64,000 nucleotides of DNA, taken from assembly GCA_900540535.1 (NCBI GenBank), contig UQGM01000001.1, positions 30,148 to 94,147 on the forward strand, given 5' to 3'. The position numbers and the translations under genes are program-made. Within the stretch, counting starts at the first letter, position 1; the number at the start of each line of letters is the position of its first letter. This document shows positions 18,694 through 29,576 of the stretch, one piece after another. Source of the DNA: an uncultured Oscillospiraceae bacterium (GTDB lineage: Bacteria; Bacillota; Clostridia; Oscillospirales; Acutalibacteraceae). The notes beneath the pieces are model-generated. The model ran no database searches. It saw nothing but the letters and a program-made list of their open reading frames with translations, and was not told where the DNA came from.

Positions 18694-19849
18694 AGCGAAA
18701 AATTACCGTAATATAAAAGAGCTTACAATAAATCCCGATCCAGGGGTAAATCTTATATGCGGCGATAACGCCCAGGGAAAAACCAATCTCATTGAGGCAA
18801 TCTGGCTTTTTACAGGCTGCAAAAGCTTCAGAGGTTCAAAGGATTCGGAGCTTGTGTCTTTCGGCGAAGAAAGGGCAGAGCTGGAATTCGAGTTTTTCTC
18901 AGGCGGAAGAGAGCAAAGTGCTCAGATTCAGATAGATAAAAAACGCAGCGGCACTCTCAACGGCGTTAAAATGCAGAGTGTAAGAGAGATGATAGGCGTT
19001 TTCAGAGCAGTTGCGTTTTCGCCCATTCATCTGAATATTGTAAAAGGTTCTCCCGAAGAGAGAAGAAAATTTATAGATATGGCTGTTGCTCAGTCAAGAC
19101 CCCTTTATGCAAAATCTCTTGCAGGCTATAACAAAGTCCTGAAGCAGAGAAATATGCTTTTAAAAAGTCTTTATTCCAATCCGTCCCTTGCAGATACCCT
19201 CGATATATGGGACGACCGCCTTGCTTCATACGGAGCGGATATTATTATCTACCGCTATGAATATACCGAGCATCTGAAAAAAGAGGCGGTACAGATTTAT
19301 GAGGGACTTTCTTCCAGTAAAGAAGAATTTACTTTTGAATATGTGCCAACAATAAGAAATATTGTAATGGACGGCGATAATTTATCAGAGATTAAAGCCG
19401 ACAGGGGAAAAATCCCCTTTGATGAAAACGGAAAACCTCAATACGGAGAAATAAAACGCAGGCTTTATATGAACCTTGTAAAGCACAGAAAGGACGATAT
19501 TTCAAACGGAACCACCTCCTGCGGTCCTCACAGGGATGACTTTGAAATAAAGGTAAATTCCGTTTCGGCACGTTCTTTCGGTTCGCAGGGACAGCAGCGC
19601 TCCTGTGCACTTGCTTTAAAGCTTGGAGAAGCCGAGGTTTTGAAAAAGCTTACTGATACTTCTCCGGTAATACTTCTTGACGACGTAATGAGTGAGCTTG
19701 ACCCATCAAGGCAGGATTATATTTTAAACCGCATTAAGGACAAGCAGGTGTTTATTACCTGCTGTGATTCCATACCGGCTCTAAATATGTGTGCGGGAAA
19801 GATTTTTGAAGTCAAAAACGGAGAAATCAAAGAATATACGAAAAAATAA
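18674..19849 (+). CDS. recF: DNA replication and repair protein RecF
   Basis: Walker A GDNAQGKTNL. SMC-like signature and Walker B (ILLDDVMSELD) at the C-terminus. Confidence 0.95.
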   Translation: MKALTLKAKNYRNIKELTINPDPGVNLICGDNAQGKTNLIEAIWLFTGCKSFRGSKDSELVSFGEERAELEFEFFSGGREQSAQIQIDKKRSGTLNGVKMQSVREMIGVFRAVAFSPIHLNIVKGSPEERRKFIDMAVAQSRPLYAKSLAGYNKVLKQRNMLLKSLYSNPSLADTLDIWDDRLASYGADIIIYRYEYTEHLKKEAVQIYEGLSSSKEEFTFEYVPTIRNIVMDGDNLSEIKADRGKIPFDENGKPQYGEIKRRLYMNLVKHRKDDISNGTTSCGPHRDDFEIKVNSVSARSFGSQGQQRSCALALKLGEAEVLKKLTDTSPVILLDDVMSELDPSRQDYILNRIKDKQVFITCCDSIPALNMCAGKIFEVKNGEIKEYTKK

Positions 19850-19861
19850 CTTTAAGATAGA

Positions 19862-20182
19862 TTGTATTTTCAGCGGGGAGTGAAAGGTATGTATCTGCAT
19901 CTGGGACAGGATACGGTAGTAACCCTTGACAAAATAATAGGCATATTTGACCTTGATACTGCCACTGTCGCAAAGGCATCGAGAGATTACCTTACCGCCG
20001 CCGAAAAAGCTGGGGACGTTATAAACGTTTCCTATGAGCTTCCGAAATCCTTTATCGTCTGTCAGGACGAAACGAGAAAAAGCGGAAGAGTGGTTTACAT
20101 TTCACAGATTTCCTGTCAGACCCTTTTAAAGAGAACGGGATTTGTAGGCAATCTTGCAAATATAGAGAGAAACATGAAATAG
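19862..20182 (+). CDS. DUF370-domain protein (YaaB/RemB-like), conserved between recF and gyrB
   Basis: Small protein at the canonical recF-gyrB position. Real start may be MYLHLGQD at 19889. Confidence 0.65.
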   Translation: MYFQRGVKGMYLHLGQDTVVTLDKIIGIFDLDTATVAKASRDYLTAAEKAGDVINVSYELPKSFIVCQDETRKSGRVVYISQISCQTLLKRTGFVGNLANIERNMK

Positions 20183-20196
20183 AAGGCTTTTGTTAA

Positions 20197-22203
<2,007 letters not shown>

Positions 22204-22253
22204 AATCTGCTTTATATAACGGCAGGATTAACTTAAACAGATAGGCGGTTAAA

Positions 22254-22832
22254 ATGGAAGATTGTCTTTTAAGAATAGATTACCGCATGGTAAAGGAAAA
22301 TTTTATAGAAAGCGAAATGTGGAAAGAGAAAAAGACAGGTCTTTTAAGGCGTGAAAATAAAATTGCCGGGGGAGTTGTAATTGCCATATTCACCTTTGCA
22401 AACACAACTCTTAAAGCTCTTTTTCTCGCAGAAGGTGACAGCAGATTTACCTTTGCTTCATTTTTCTTTGACTTTTTGATTTTTCTTCTGCTTATTTCAG
22501 TTATTTTCCATACTCCGTACAAGATAATAAAGAGAAACAGATTAAGGCTTTTCACTTTGAGAGAGCTTGATAAAAAACCCTGTTATCTGGAGCTTTACGA
22601 AGAATATATGAAATATTCAATTGATTCGGCAGAAGATGTTATTCCCTATGAAAATATAAAATTCATAAGGGAAAGCAGCAAGACCTTTTCAATTATGCTA
22701 AAGGGAAGCCATGAATGCATAAGCATACCCAAACAATGTTTAAGCGGAGATGTAAACGACAGACTTTCCTCAATACTTTATGAAAAGGCAGAGAGTGTAT
22801 TCCATAATTCAAGTTTTTCTGAATTTATATAA
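22254..22832 (+). CDS. YcxB-like membrane protein (two TM helices plus bPH-like C-terminal domain) inserted between gyrB and gyrA
   Basis: 192 aa with two hydrophobic helices. Pattern resembles the YcxB family. No catalytic motif. Confidence 0.4.
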   Translation: MEDCLLRIDYRMVKENFIESEMWKEKKTGLLRRENKIAGGVVIAIFTFANTTLKALFLAEGDSRFTFASFFFDFLIFLLLISVIFHTPYKIIKRNRLRLFTLRELDKKPCYLELYEEYMKYSIDSAEDVIPYENIKFIRESSKTFSIMLKGSHECISIPKQCLSGDVNDRLSSILYEKAESVFHNSSFSEFI

Positions 22833-22872
22833 AAGCAAGGTCTAAATATTTTAAAGATAAGGGCTGATAAAG

Positions 22873-25443
22873 ATGAGCTTAGATTTTGAAAGGCAGAGTA
22901 TCGTAAACGTTGACATCAACAAGGAAATGAGAAAATCATTCCTTGATTACTCCATGTCAGTTATCGTTTCGAGAGCTCTTCCCGATGTAAGGGACGGTTT
23001 AAAGCCTGTTCACAGGAGAATTCTTTACACCATGTACGAAGCGGGACTTTATCCCGAAAAACCCTATAAAAAGTGCGCCGCAACAGTCGGTGATGTTCTC
23101 GGTAAATATCACCCCCACGGTGACGCTTCAGTTTACGATGCCCTTGTAAGGCTTGCGCAGAGCTTTTCAATGAGATACACTCTCGTTGACGGTCACGGTA
23201 ACTTCGGTTCAATCGACGGTGACCCGCCTGCTGCATACCGTTATACAGAGGCTAAAATGAGCAAAATCTCCATGGAGATGCTCAGAAACATAGACAAGAA
23301 TACAGTTGATTTCATACCCAACTACGACGATAACCATAAAGAGCCCACAGTGCTCCCCTCACGTTTTCCGAACCTGCTTGTAAACGGTTCAACAGGTATC
23401 GCCGTAGGTATGGCTACAAATATTCCGCCCCACAATCTCAGAGAAGTTGTGGACGGTATGTGCTGCCTTATTGATAACCCCGATGCAGAGCTTCCGGAGC
23501 TTATGGAGCACATCAAAGGACCCGATTTCCCCACAGCGGGTATCATCATGGGCAAGGCCGGCATCAGAGCCGCCTATGCAACAGGCCGAGGCAGAATTTT
23601 TGTAAGAGCCAGAGCCGAAATTGAAGAGAAGAAAAACGGAAGATTTACAATCAATATTTCCGAGCTTCCCTATCAGGTAAATAAGGCAAGGCTTATTGAA
23701 TCCATTGCCGACCTTGTTAAGGAAAAGAGAATTGAGGGTATTTCAGGCGTCAGCGACTACTCTTCAAGAGAGGGTATCCATGTTGCTATCGACCTTAAAA
23801 GGGATGCAAATCCTCAGGTTGTTTTGAATCAGCTCTATTCCTACACTCAGATGCAGGTTACTTTCGGCGCAATTATGATTGCCCTTGTAAACGGCGAACC
23901 GAAAGTTCTCAACTTAAAGGAAATTCTTCAGAATTATATAGAGTATCAGCGTGAAGTAATAGTCCGCAGAACAAACTATGACCTTAAAAAAGCTCAGGAC
24001 AGAGCCCATATCTTAGAGGGATTGATGGTCGCAATCGACTTCATCGACGAAGTTATTGCCATTATCAGAGCTTCAAAGGATATCCCAACTGCAAAAGCCG
24101 CCCTTATGGAACGCTTCGGTCTTGATGACATTCAGGCTCAGGCAATTGTTCAGATGCGTATCGGACAGCTGACAGGTCTTGAAAGACAGAAGATTGAAGA
24201 AGAACTGGCTGCTCTCAAAGTAAAAATCCAGGAGCTTCTTGCAATCTTAGGCGATGAAAGCAAAATAATGGAAATCATCAAAACTGAGGCAAGAGAGATT
24301 GCAGACAAATTCGGTGATGAGAGAAGAACAGAGATTGCAAACGTCACAGGCGAAGTTGATATAGAGGATCTTATCCCCGAGGAGACCTGTGTATTTACCC
24401 TTACTACAATGGGATACACAAAGCGTCTGCCTGTTGATTCCTATAAGCTTCAGCGCAGAGGCGGCAGAGGCGTTATGGGCATGACCCGCCGTGAAGAGGA
24501 CGTTGCAGAGACAATGTTCACTTGCTCCACCCATGAATATGTAATGTTCTTTACTTCAAGAGGCAGAGCTTATCGCTTAAAGGGATATGAGATTCCCGAA
24601 GGCGGAAGAACCAGCAAAGGTATGAATATAGTAAACCTTATCCCCGTTGAACAGGGTGAAAGGGTATCGGCTATGATAAGAGTGCCTGAATTTGAAGAGG
24701 GTGCATACCTTTGCATGGTTACAAGAAAGGGTATCATAAAGCGTACACCTCTTGAGGTTTATGCAAATGTAAGAAAGAGCGGCGTTATAGCCGTAACACT
24801 TGACGATGACGACGAGCTTGCATGGGTACATCTTACAAGCGGAAACGATGATTTACTTGTGGCAACCAAAAAGGGTATGTCAATCCGCTTCAGTGAAAGC
24901 GATGTAAGACCCCTTGGCAGAACTGCAAGAGGCGTTAAGTCAATAGAGCTTGACGAGGGTGACGAAGTAATCGGTATGGCTGTGCTTCATGAGGGCGACA
25001 GCGTTCTTACCGTCAGCGAAACAGGCTACGGAAGAAGAAGCAGCGAGGCCGATTACAGAATCCAGTCAAGAGGCGGTAAGGGACTTAAAAACTACCGTAC
25101 TGCTGAATATGGCGACGTTGCTGCAATACGCACAGTAAGCGATGATGAGGACGTCATACTTATTTCTTCAGACGGTATAATCATCAGAATTTATGCTGCT
25201 GACATAAGCGAATTCAACCGTCCTGCAAAGGGTGTAAGACTTATGCGTGTAAGCGAAGGTGAAAAGGTTGTAACTGTTGCCGGAGCTGAGCACGAAGAGG
25301 AAAGCGAAGAAACCGCTGTTCCGGATGAAACAGCCGATGCAGGAAGCGGCGCTGCTGAGGATACAGCAGAAGAAGCAGTATCCGATGTAAAGACAGAAAA
25401 CGAAGAAGCTTCAGAAAATGACGCTTCCGAATCAGAAGAGTAA
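22873..25443 (+). CDS. gyrA: DNA gyrase subunit A with an acidic C-terminal tail
   Basis: Active-site region AAMRYTE-like ([10 protein letters not shown]). QRDR-like motif ([13 protein letters not shown]). Six beta-pinwheel blades. About 50 aa E/D-rich tail. Confidence 0.97.
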   Translation: MSLDFERQSIVNVDINKEMRKSFLDYSMSVIVSRALPDVRDGLKPVHRRILYTMYEAGLYPEKPYKKCAATVGDVLGKYHPHGDASVYDALVRLAQSFSMRYTLVDGHGNFGSIDGDPPAAYRYTEAKMSKISMEMLRNIDKNTVDFIPNYDDNHKEPTVLPSRFPNLLVNGSTGIAVGMATNIPPHNLREVVDGMCCLIDNPDAELPELMEHIKGPDFPTAGIIMGKAGIRAAYATGRGRIFVRARAEIEEKKNGRFTINISELPYQVNKARLIESIADLVKEKRIEGISGVSDYSSREGIHVAIDLKRDANPQVVLNQLYSYTQMQVTFGAIMIALVNGEPKVLNLKEILQNYIEYQREVIVRRTNYDLKKAQDRAHILEGLMVAIDFIDEVIAIIRASKDIPTAKAALMERFGLDDIQAQAIVQMRIGQLTGLERQKIEEELAALKVKIQELLAILGDESKIMEIIKTEAREIADKFGDERRTEIANVTGEVDIEDLIPEETCVFTLTTMGYTKRLPVDSYKLQRRGGRGVMGMTRREEDVAETMFTCSTHEYVMFFTSRGRAYRLKGYEIPEGGRTSKGMNIVNLIPVEQGERVSAMIRVPEFEEGAYLCMVTRKGIIKRTPLEVYANVRKSGVIAVTLDDDDELAWVHLTSGNDDLLVATKKGMSIRFSESDVRPLGRTARGVKSIELDEGDEVIGMAVLHEGDSVLTVSETGYGRRSSEADYRIQSRGGKGLKNYRTAEYGDVAAIRTVSDDEDVILISSDGIIIRIYAADISEFNRPAKGVRLMRVSEGEKVVTVAGAEHEEESEETAVPDETADAGSGAAEDTAEEAVSDVKTENEEASENDASESEE

Positions 25444-25475
25444 TACAATAAAGAAAAGTTAACAGCAGATAATAA

Positions 25476-25514
25476 CCCCTGCAATAAGTTAAAAGCTTAT
25501 TGCAGGGTTTTATC
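25476..25514 (+). terminator. Rho-independent terminator after gyrA (CCCCTGCAATAAG-TTAAAAG-CTTATTGCAGGG plus TTTT)
   Basis: 12-13 bp stem and a T-run. Confidence 0.75.
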
Positions 25515-25687
25515 TATAATAGTATGAACACATATATATATTTAATCTGCTCACAGGTGTTATATTTCCACATTACTATAATATAATGTGGAAAATTTAC
25601 TTTAAAAAACATCTCCCGAAAATGCTTTTGCAAATTTCGGGAGATGAACCATATGGTTTTTATTTAATGGGTGTTTTAATTGCTCAT

Positions 25688-28321
25688 TTATTTATTAGTT
25701 GGCGGCGTGAAATTATGTGAAGCGTCAATCTGTCTGCGTCGGAGTTCTTCCGCCATTTGATTGCTTACCTTTAAATCAGGGGGAAGATTAAAGGATGCTT
25801 TAAGATTTACATTTTGTGATGAGTATCTGCGTGCTGTTTCCTGTTCCAAAAGTGACTTTTTGTTTGTCTCTTCATCCTCCGAAACAAGGGGAAGCTCGAG
25901 AGTGGCTTTAAAGAGATCGCCGTCAATTTCAATTGTAAATCTGCCGCCCTGAAGTTCGCAGAGACTCTTTGCAATTGAAAGACCGAGTCCGCTGCCCTCA
26001 GTTGATCTGGATGCGTCGCCTCTTACAAATCTCTGAGTTAATTCGTCAGGTGAAATATCAAGAGCTTTTTCGGAGACGTTCTTAATTGAGAATCTGCCCC
26101 AGCCGTCCTTTTCATCAACTGTAATATATGCTCTTGTACCTTTGAGAGAGTATTTCTTTACATTGCTGAAAAGGTTATCTATTATTCGCCATGTCTTTTG
26201 GTTATCAGCCAAAACTACCGGCTGCTTTTCAGGGGTATTTATGCGAATCTCTATGCCTCTTTCCTTAAGTGCATCCTCATGTTCTCCAACTGCCTGAACT
26301 GCCAGCTCATAAAGATTCATTTTGATTTTTGTAATTTTAATATTTCCCGTGCTTGCCTTTGACGCTTCCACAAGGTCTTCAATGAGCTTTTTAAGCTTTT
26401 CTGATTTATCGCTTAATACTCCTATATATTCCTTTGCGGTTTCGTCGGTGATGTCGCATCTGCCCAGAAGGTCAACATAGTTTATTATTGAGGTGAGGGG
26501 AGTTTTAAGGTCATGGGAAACGTTTGTAATAAGCTCTGTTTTCATGCGCTCACCCTTGATTGCCTCATTAACTGCTGTTTTAAGTCCGTTCTGCATATTT
26601 TCAACATCACGGGCAAAGCCCTTTACCGGCTCTTTCATTTTTGAATAATCCAGTGAGAAATTAAAATCTCCCTGAGAGCCTTTCTTTATTTCGGTAAAAA
26701 TTTTATCAAGGTTTTTAATTGTCTCGAAATTCTTTATGAAGAATATGATGTTAAACACACTTGCCGGAATAAGGCAAAGGAATAAGAGAATTCCAAATTC
26801 ACCGGAGTCAAAACCAATAAAACCTAACAGGAAAAATACGGCATTGGCTGCAAAGAAAAGTACTATTTTCCAGAGAACTGATTTTTTAAGGCAATTGAAA
26901 TGATAGCCTAAATCAAGTTCGGATTTTATTTTGTTTGCACATTTTTTAAAGAAGTGTGCTATTTTTCTTACGGTTACATACCAGAGTGAGTGCTTAATAA
27001 GAGTGCGTAATTTTACACTTCTTACAAAGGACATGAACCATTCAAGAAGCAAAACAGCGCATACAAATGTGACAGCTGTAAATAAATTCGTATTTATAGC
27101 AGAGACTCCGTTATAACCTAATGCATTTGATTCATTTAATTTTTCAATTTCTTCCCACATGGATGAACTATAAAAAACATAGGTATAAAGTCCCGCAAAG
27201 AAAATAAGTGCTCCTGTAATAATAAAGTGCAGGTCGTGGAAGCAGCGGTCAATTGCGGCTTCCTCAACAGGAGAATTTTTATCCTTTCTGCCTGCGATGA
27301 TCATAAGATAAATTATGCCCATAACTGCACCGAATGCACAGATAGCTCCGGTATAAATTGAATCATTAAGCTGTTCGTAATTAAGAGCATAATCCTGTGA
27401 TGCTTTGTAATATTTGTCATTTGGGAAAAAGTCGGTATTTATGCCAAAAGTTATATTTCCTCCCATTGCATAGTAGCGATCGGCAATTGAAGAGGAAATA
27501 TATGACGGTATATTTGCATGATTTATGACCATTCCGTCAGAAGATACTGCAAAAGGGACATTCGAAACATCCCCTGTATAATTTCTGTCCTCTCTTTTTT
27601 CAACTCCGTCAATGTTTGTGAAAAAACAAGTTCCGTCATCATATATAAACTGAAAATTTTCTAAGCTTTCTATTTCATTTTTCAGTTCTTCGTATTTATT
27701 TAAAAAGTCTTGCTTTTCAGAATTTATATTATTTTCAAGATTTTTTTCTGCATTGCTGCGTATATAATTGACCTCGTTTTCCAGAAGTCCATAATAATAA
27801 TCATCGAGAACTTTTTTGGCATTTTCGAGAGTATAAATATTTGCCGTACTGTCATTTTGTGATGCATTAACAGTAGTAGTTTCTAAATCAAGATTGTTTT
27901 CGCTATTATCTGGATTTACCTCAGAATAAAGTTCGGCATCCGATGATCCGTATTGTGTCATGTAATACTGAACTTTTTCTGTTATTTCATCCTGCGTATT
28001 TTTTTCGGAACCGGCTCTGAGCTGCGCTTCATGATCAGCCCAGGCCTTTCCGCTTTTAACATATTCTTCGTCCCCGTGATAAAGTTCCATATAAACTTGT
28101 ATTTTCTCTACATCACCGCTTACCATTTCAGCGAAAGAGGAGGACGATTTGAAATCTTCTACATAATTGTAATTTACGCCGTAAGTACGATAAAATAATG
28201 CATCTGCAATCATAACTTTGAACAGCGCTCTTCCTGCTATGGCAATACATCCTGCCGTCAAAAAAAAGATTATTACTTTTACAAATATGCTGTAACTAAA
28301 TTTTCTCAATTTTGTAGCCAA
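25688..28321 (-). CDS. Sensor histidine kinase with about 330 aa extracellular domain, multi-TM region, HisKA (HDLKTPLTSI) and HATPase_c
   Basis: 877 aa. N-terminal TM, large extracellular region, about 5 further TMs, H-box, N/G1/G2 boxes. Overlaps the upstream response regulator by 26 nt. Minus-strand terminator hairpin at about 25609..25645. Confidence 0.85.
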   Translation of the reverse strand: MATKLRKFSYSIFVKVIIFFLTAGCIAIAGRALFKVMIADALFYRTYGVNYNYVEDFKSSSSFAEMVSGDVEKIQVYMELYHGDEEYVKSGKAWADHEAQLRAGSEKNTQDEITEKVQYYMTQYGSSDAELYSEVNPDNSENNLDLETTTVNASQNDSTANIYTLENAKKVLDDYYYGLLENEVNYIRSNAEKNLENNINSEKQDFLNKYEELKNEIESLENFQFIYDDGTCFFTNIDGVEKREDRNYTGDVSNVPFAVSSDGMVINHANIPSYISSSIADRYYAMGGNITFGINTDFFPNDKYYKASQDYALNYEQLNDSIYTGAICAFGAVMGIIYLMIIAGRKDKNSPVEEAAIDRCFHDLHFIITGALIFFAGLYTYVFYSSSMWEEIEKLNESNALGYNGVSAINTNLFTAVTFVCAVLLLEWFMSFVRSVKLRTLIKHSLWYVTVRKIAHFFKKCANKIKSELDLGYHFNCLKKSVLWKIVLFFAANAVFFLLGFIGFDSGEFGILLFLCLIPASVFNIIFFIKNFETIKNLDKIFTEIKKGSQGDFNFSLDYSKMKEPVKGFARDVENMQNGLKTAVNEAIKGERMKTELITNVSHDLKTPLTSIINYVDLLGRCDITDETAKEYIGVLSDKSEKLKKLIEDLVEASKASTGNIKITKIKMNLYELAVQAVGEHEDALKERGIEIRINTPEKQPVVLADNQKTWRIIDNLFSNVKKYSLKGTRAYITVDEKDGWGRFSIKNVSEKALDISPDELTQRFVRGDASRSTEGSGLGLSIAKSLCELQGGRFTIEIDGDLFKATLELPLVSEDEETNKKSLLEQETARRYSSQNVNLKASFNLPPDLKVSNQMAEELRRRQIDASHNFTPPTNK

Positions 28322-28985
28322 TTCCCCACACCACCTTTAAGTATTTCGGCTCCTTGGGATTGATTTCTATCTTTTCCCTTATTCGCCTTATATGAACAGT
28401 TACCGTTTTTTCCGTGGAAAAGCTCGGCTCATTCCATACGGATTCATAAATCTGCTGAGTTGAAAGCACTCTTCCGATATTGCTCATAAGCAGTTCCACT
28501 ATTCCGTATTCTCTTGCGGTAAGATGAACCGGTTCTCCGTCAACAGTAAGTTCTCTGGCGGCGGTGTCGAGCACCAAGCCGCCGTTTACGATTGCGTTCT
28601 CCTTTTTATTGATGCTGCCGAGGTTGACAAATCGTCTTATCTGAGATTTTACTCTCGCTACAAGCTCAAGGGGATTAAAAGGTTTTGTAACATAATCATC
28701 TGCGCCGAAGGTAAGTCCCGTAATTTTATCGGAATCCTCGCTCTTTGCCGAAAGTAAGATAATGGGAAAATTATGATTCTCACGAAGCTTCAAGGTGGTT
28801 CCAAGTCCGTCAAGTCCCGGCATCATGATATCCATAACCGCACAGTGGATATCCTTGCCTTTGACCGCTTCAACGGCCTCTTCTCCGTTTTCTGCACGGA
28901 CAATATTATAGCCCTCAGCCTTGAGATAAATTTCGATTGAATCAAGTATTGCCTTATCGTCGTCACAAACAAGTATGTTATACAT
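28296..28985 (-). CDS. OmpR-family response regulator (REC plus winged helix)
   Basis: Phospho-acceptor region CAVMDIMMPGLDG. C-terminal trans_reg_C (VHLTAREYGIVELL...VWGIGYKI). Confidence 0.9.
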   Translation of the reverse strand: MYNILVCDDDKAILDSIEIYLKAEGYNIVRAENGEEAVEAVKGKDIHCAVMDIMMPGLDGLGTTLKLRENHNFPIILLSAKSEDSDKITGLTFGADDYVTKPFNPLELVARVKSQIRRFVNLGSINKKENAIVNGGLVLDTAARELTVDGEPVHLTAREYGIVELLMSNIGRVLSTQQIYESVWNEPSFSTEKTVTVHIRRIREKIEINPKEPKYLKVVWGIGYKIEKI

Positions 28986-29168
28986 TTACCCTTTTCCTCT
29001 CTTTGTTCATAAAACTTTTTATGTCAATTATACACCAGCATGACAATAAAAAGAAGTGCTGCGGCAGAATTGCGCCTTTTCTTCCGCAGTTACTATTGTG
29101 AAGGATAATAGTTACAATTCAGCACTTGCGTTTATTACAATTTTATTACAATTATTTTAACCTTTTGT

Positions 29169-29197
29169 TTGACATGAAAGCAAAGGTAATGTATAGT
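29169..29197 (+). promoter_or_regulatory. Sigma-70-type promoter TTGACA-17-TATAGT driving the cobalamin riboswitch leader
   Basis: Near-consensus -35 and -10 with 17-nt spacing, immediately 5' of the riboswitch. Confidence 0.55.
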
Positions 29198-29204
29198 AAC
29201 TATG

Positions 29205-29400
29205 ACAACTTCACACGGGGGCGTATGCCCCGGCGGATTACGGTTTTGCCGAAAGGCAGATTAAAAGGGAATGCGGTCAGATTCCGCAGCAGCCCCCGCT
29301 ACTGTAAAAATGACGAAGACTTTTAGAGCTTAGGCTCTGCCACTGGGAAACCGGGAAGGTTAAGTCTGAGGATGATTTTGAGCCAGGAGACCTGCCGTAG
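29205..29400 (+). ncRNA. Cobalamin (AdoCbl/B12) riboswitch aptamer
   Basis: AAAAGGGAATGCGGTCAGATTCCGCAGCAGCCCCCGCTACTGTAAAA matches the cobalamin core consensus. GCCACTGGGAAACCGGGAAGG plus AGCCAGGAGACCTGCC is the B12 box. Confidence 0.85.
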
Positions 29401-29489
29401 TGCGTTGATTGCTGATTTCGGTGGGAGATCGAGGCGATTCAAGGAAAAAAGCGGATTTTGTATTTTCATTTCCGGTTTCTTTCTCATGC

Positions 29490-29526
29490 CTTAAGCCGAG
29501 CTATCAGCCCGGCTTTTTTGTTTTTC
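29490..29526 (+). terminator. Stem-loop plus T-run between the aptamer and the downstream ORF, read here as the riboswitch attenuator (AAGCCGAGC...GCCCGGCTTTTTTGTTTTT)
   Basis: GC-rich short stem followed by T6GT5, directly after the aptamer and before the RBS and ATG at 29577. The attenuator role is inferred from position. Confidence 0.5.
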
Positions 29527-29576
29527 CCTTTAGGTATGGTGTGAAGCTGCCTAAAAAAGAGAAAGGAAGAAAGAAA

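Noticed and set aside
23322-25484. Antisense or alternative-frame ORFs inside large genes: 23322..23564(-), 24150..24534(-), 25191..25484(-) in gyrA; 21357..21810(-) in gyrB; 57212..58425(-) in the GH2 gene; 1378..1739(+) in rmuC; 30023..30933(-) in the surface-protein gene; 35855..36094(-), 36542..36886(-), 36734..37090(+); 37620..38759(+) in the GH18 gene
   Set aside because: They are entirely embedded in strongly supported, well-conserved coding sequences on the opposite strand or frame. They have no RBS and the proteins are low-complexity. They are typical spurious ORFs.
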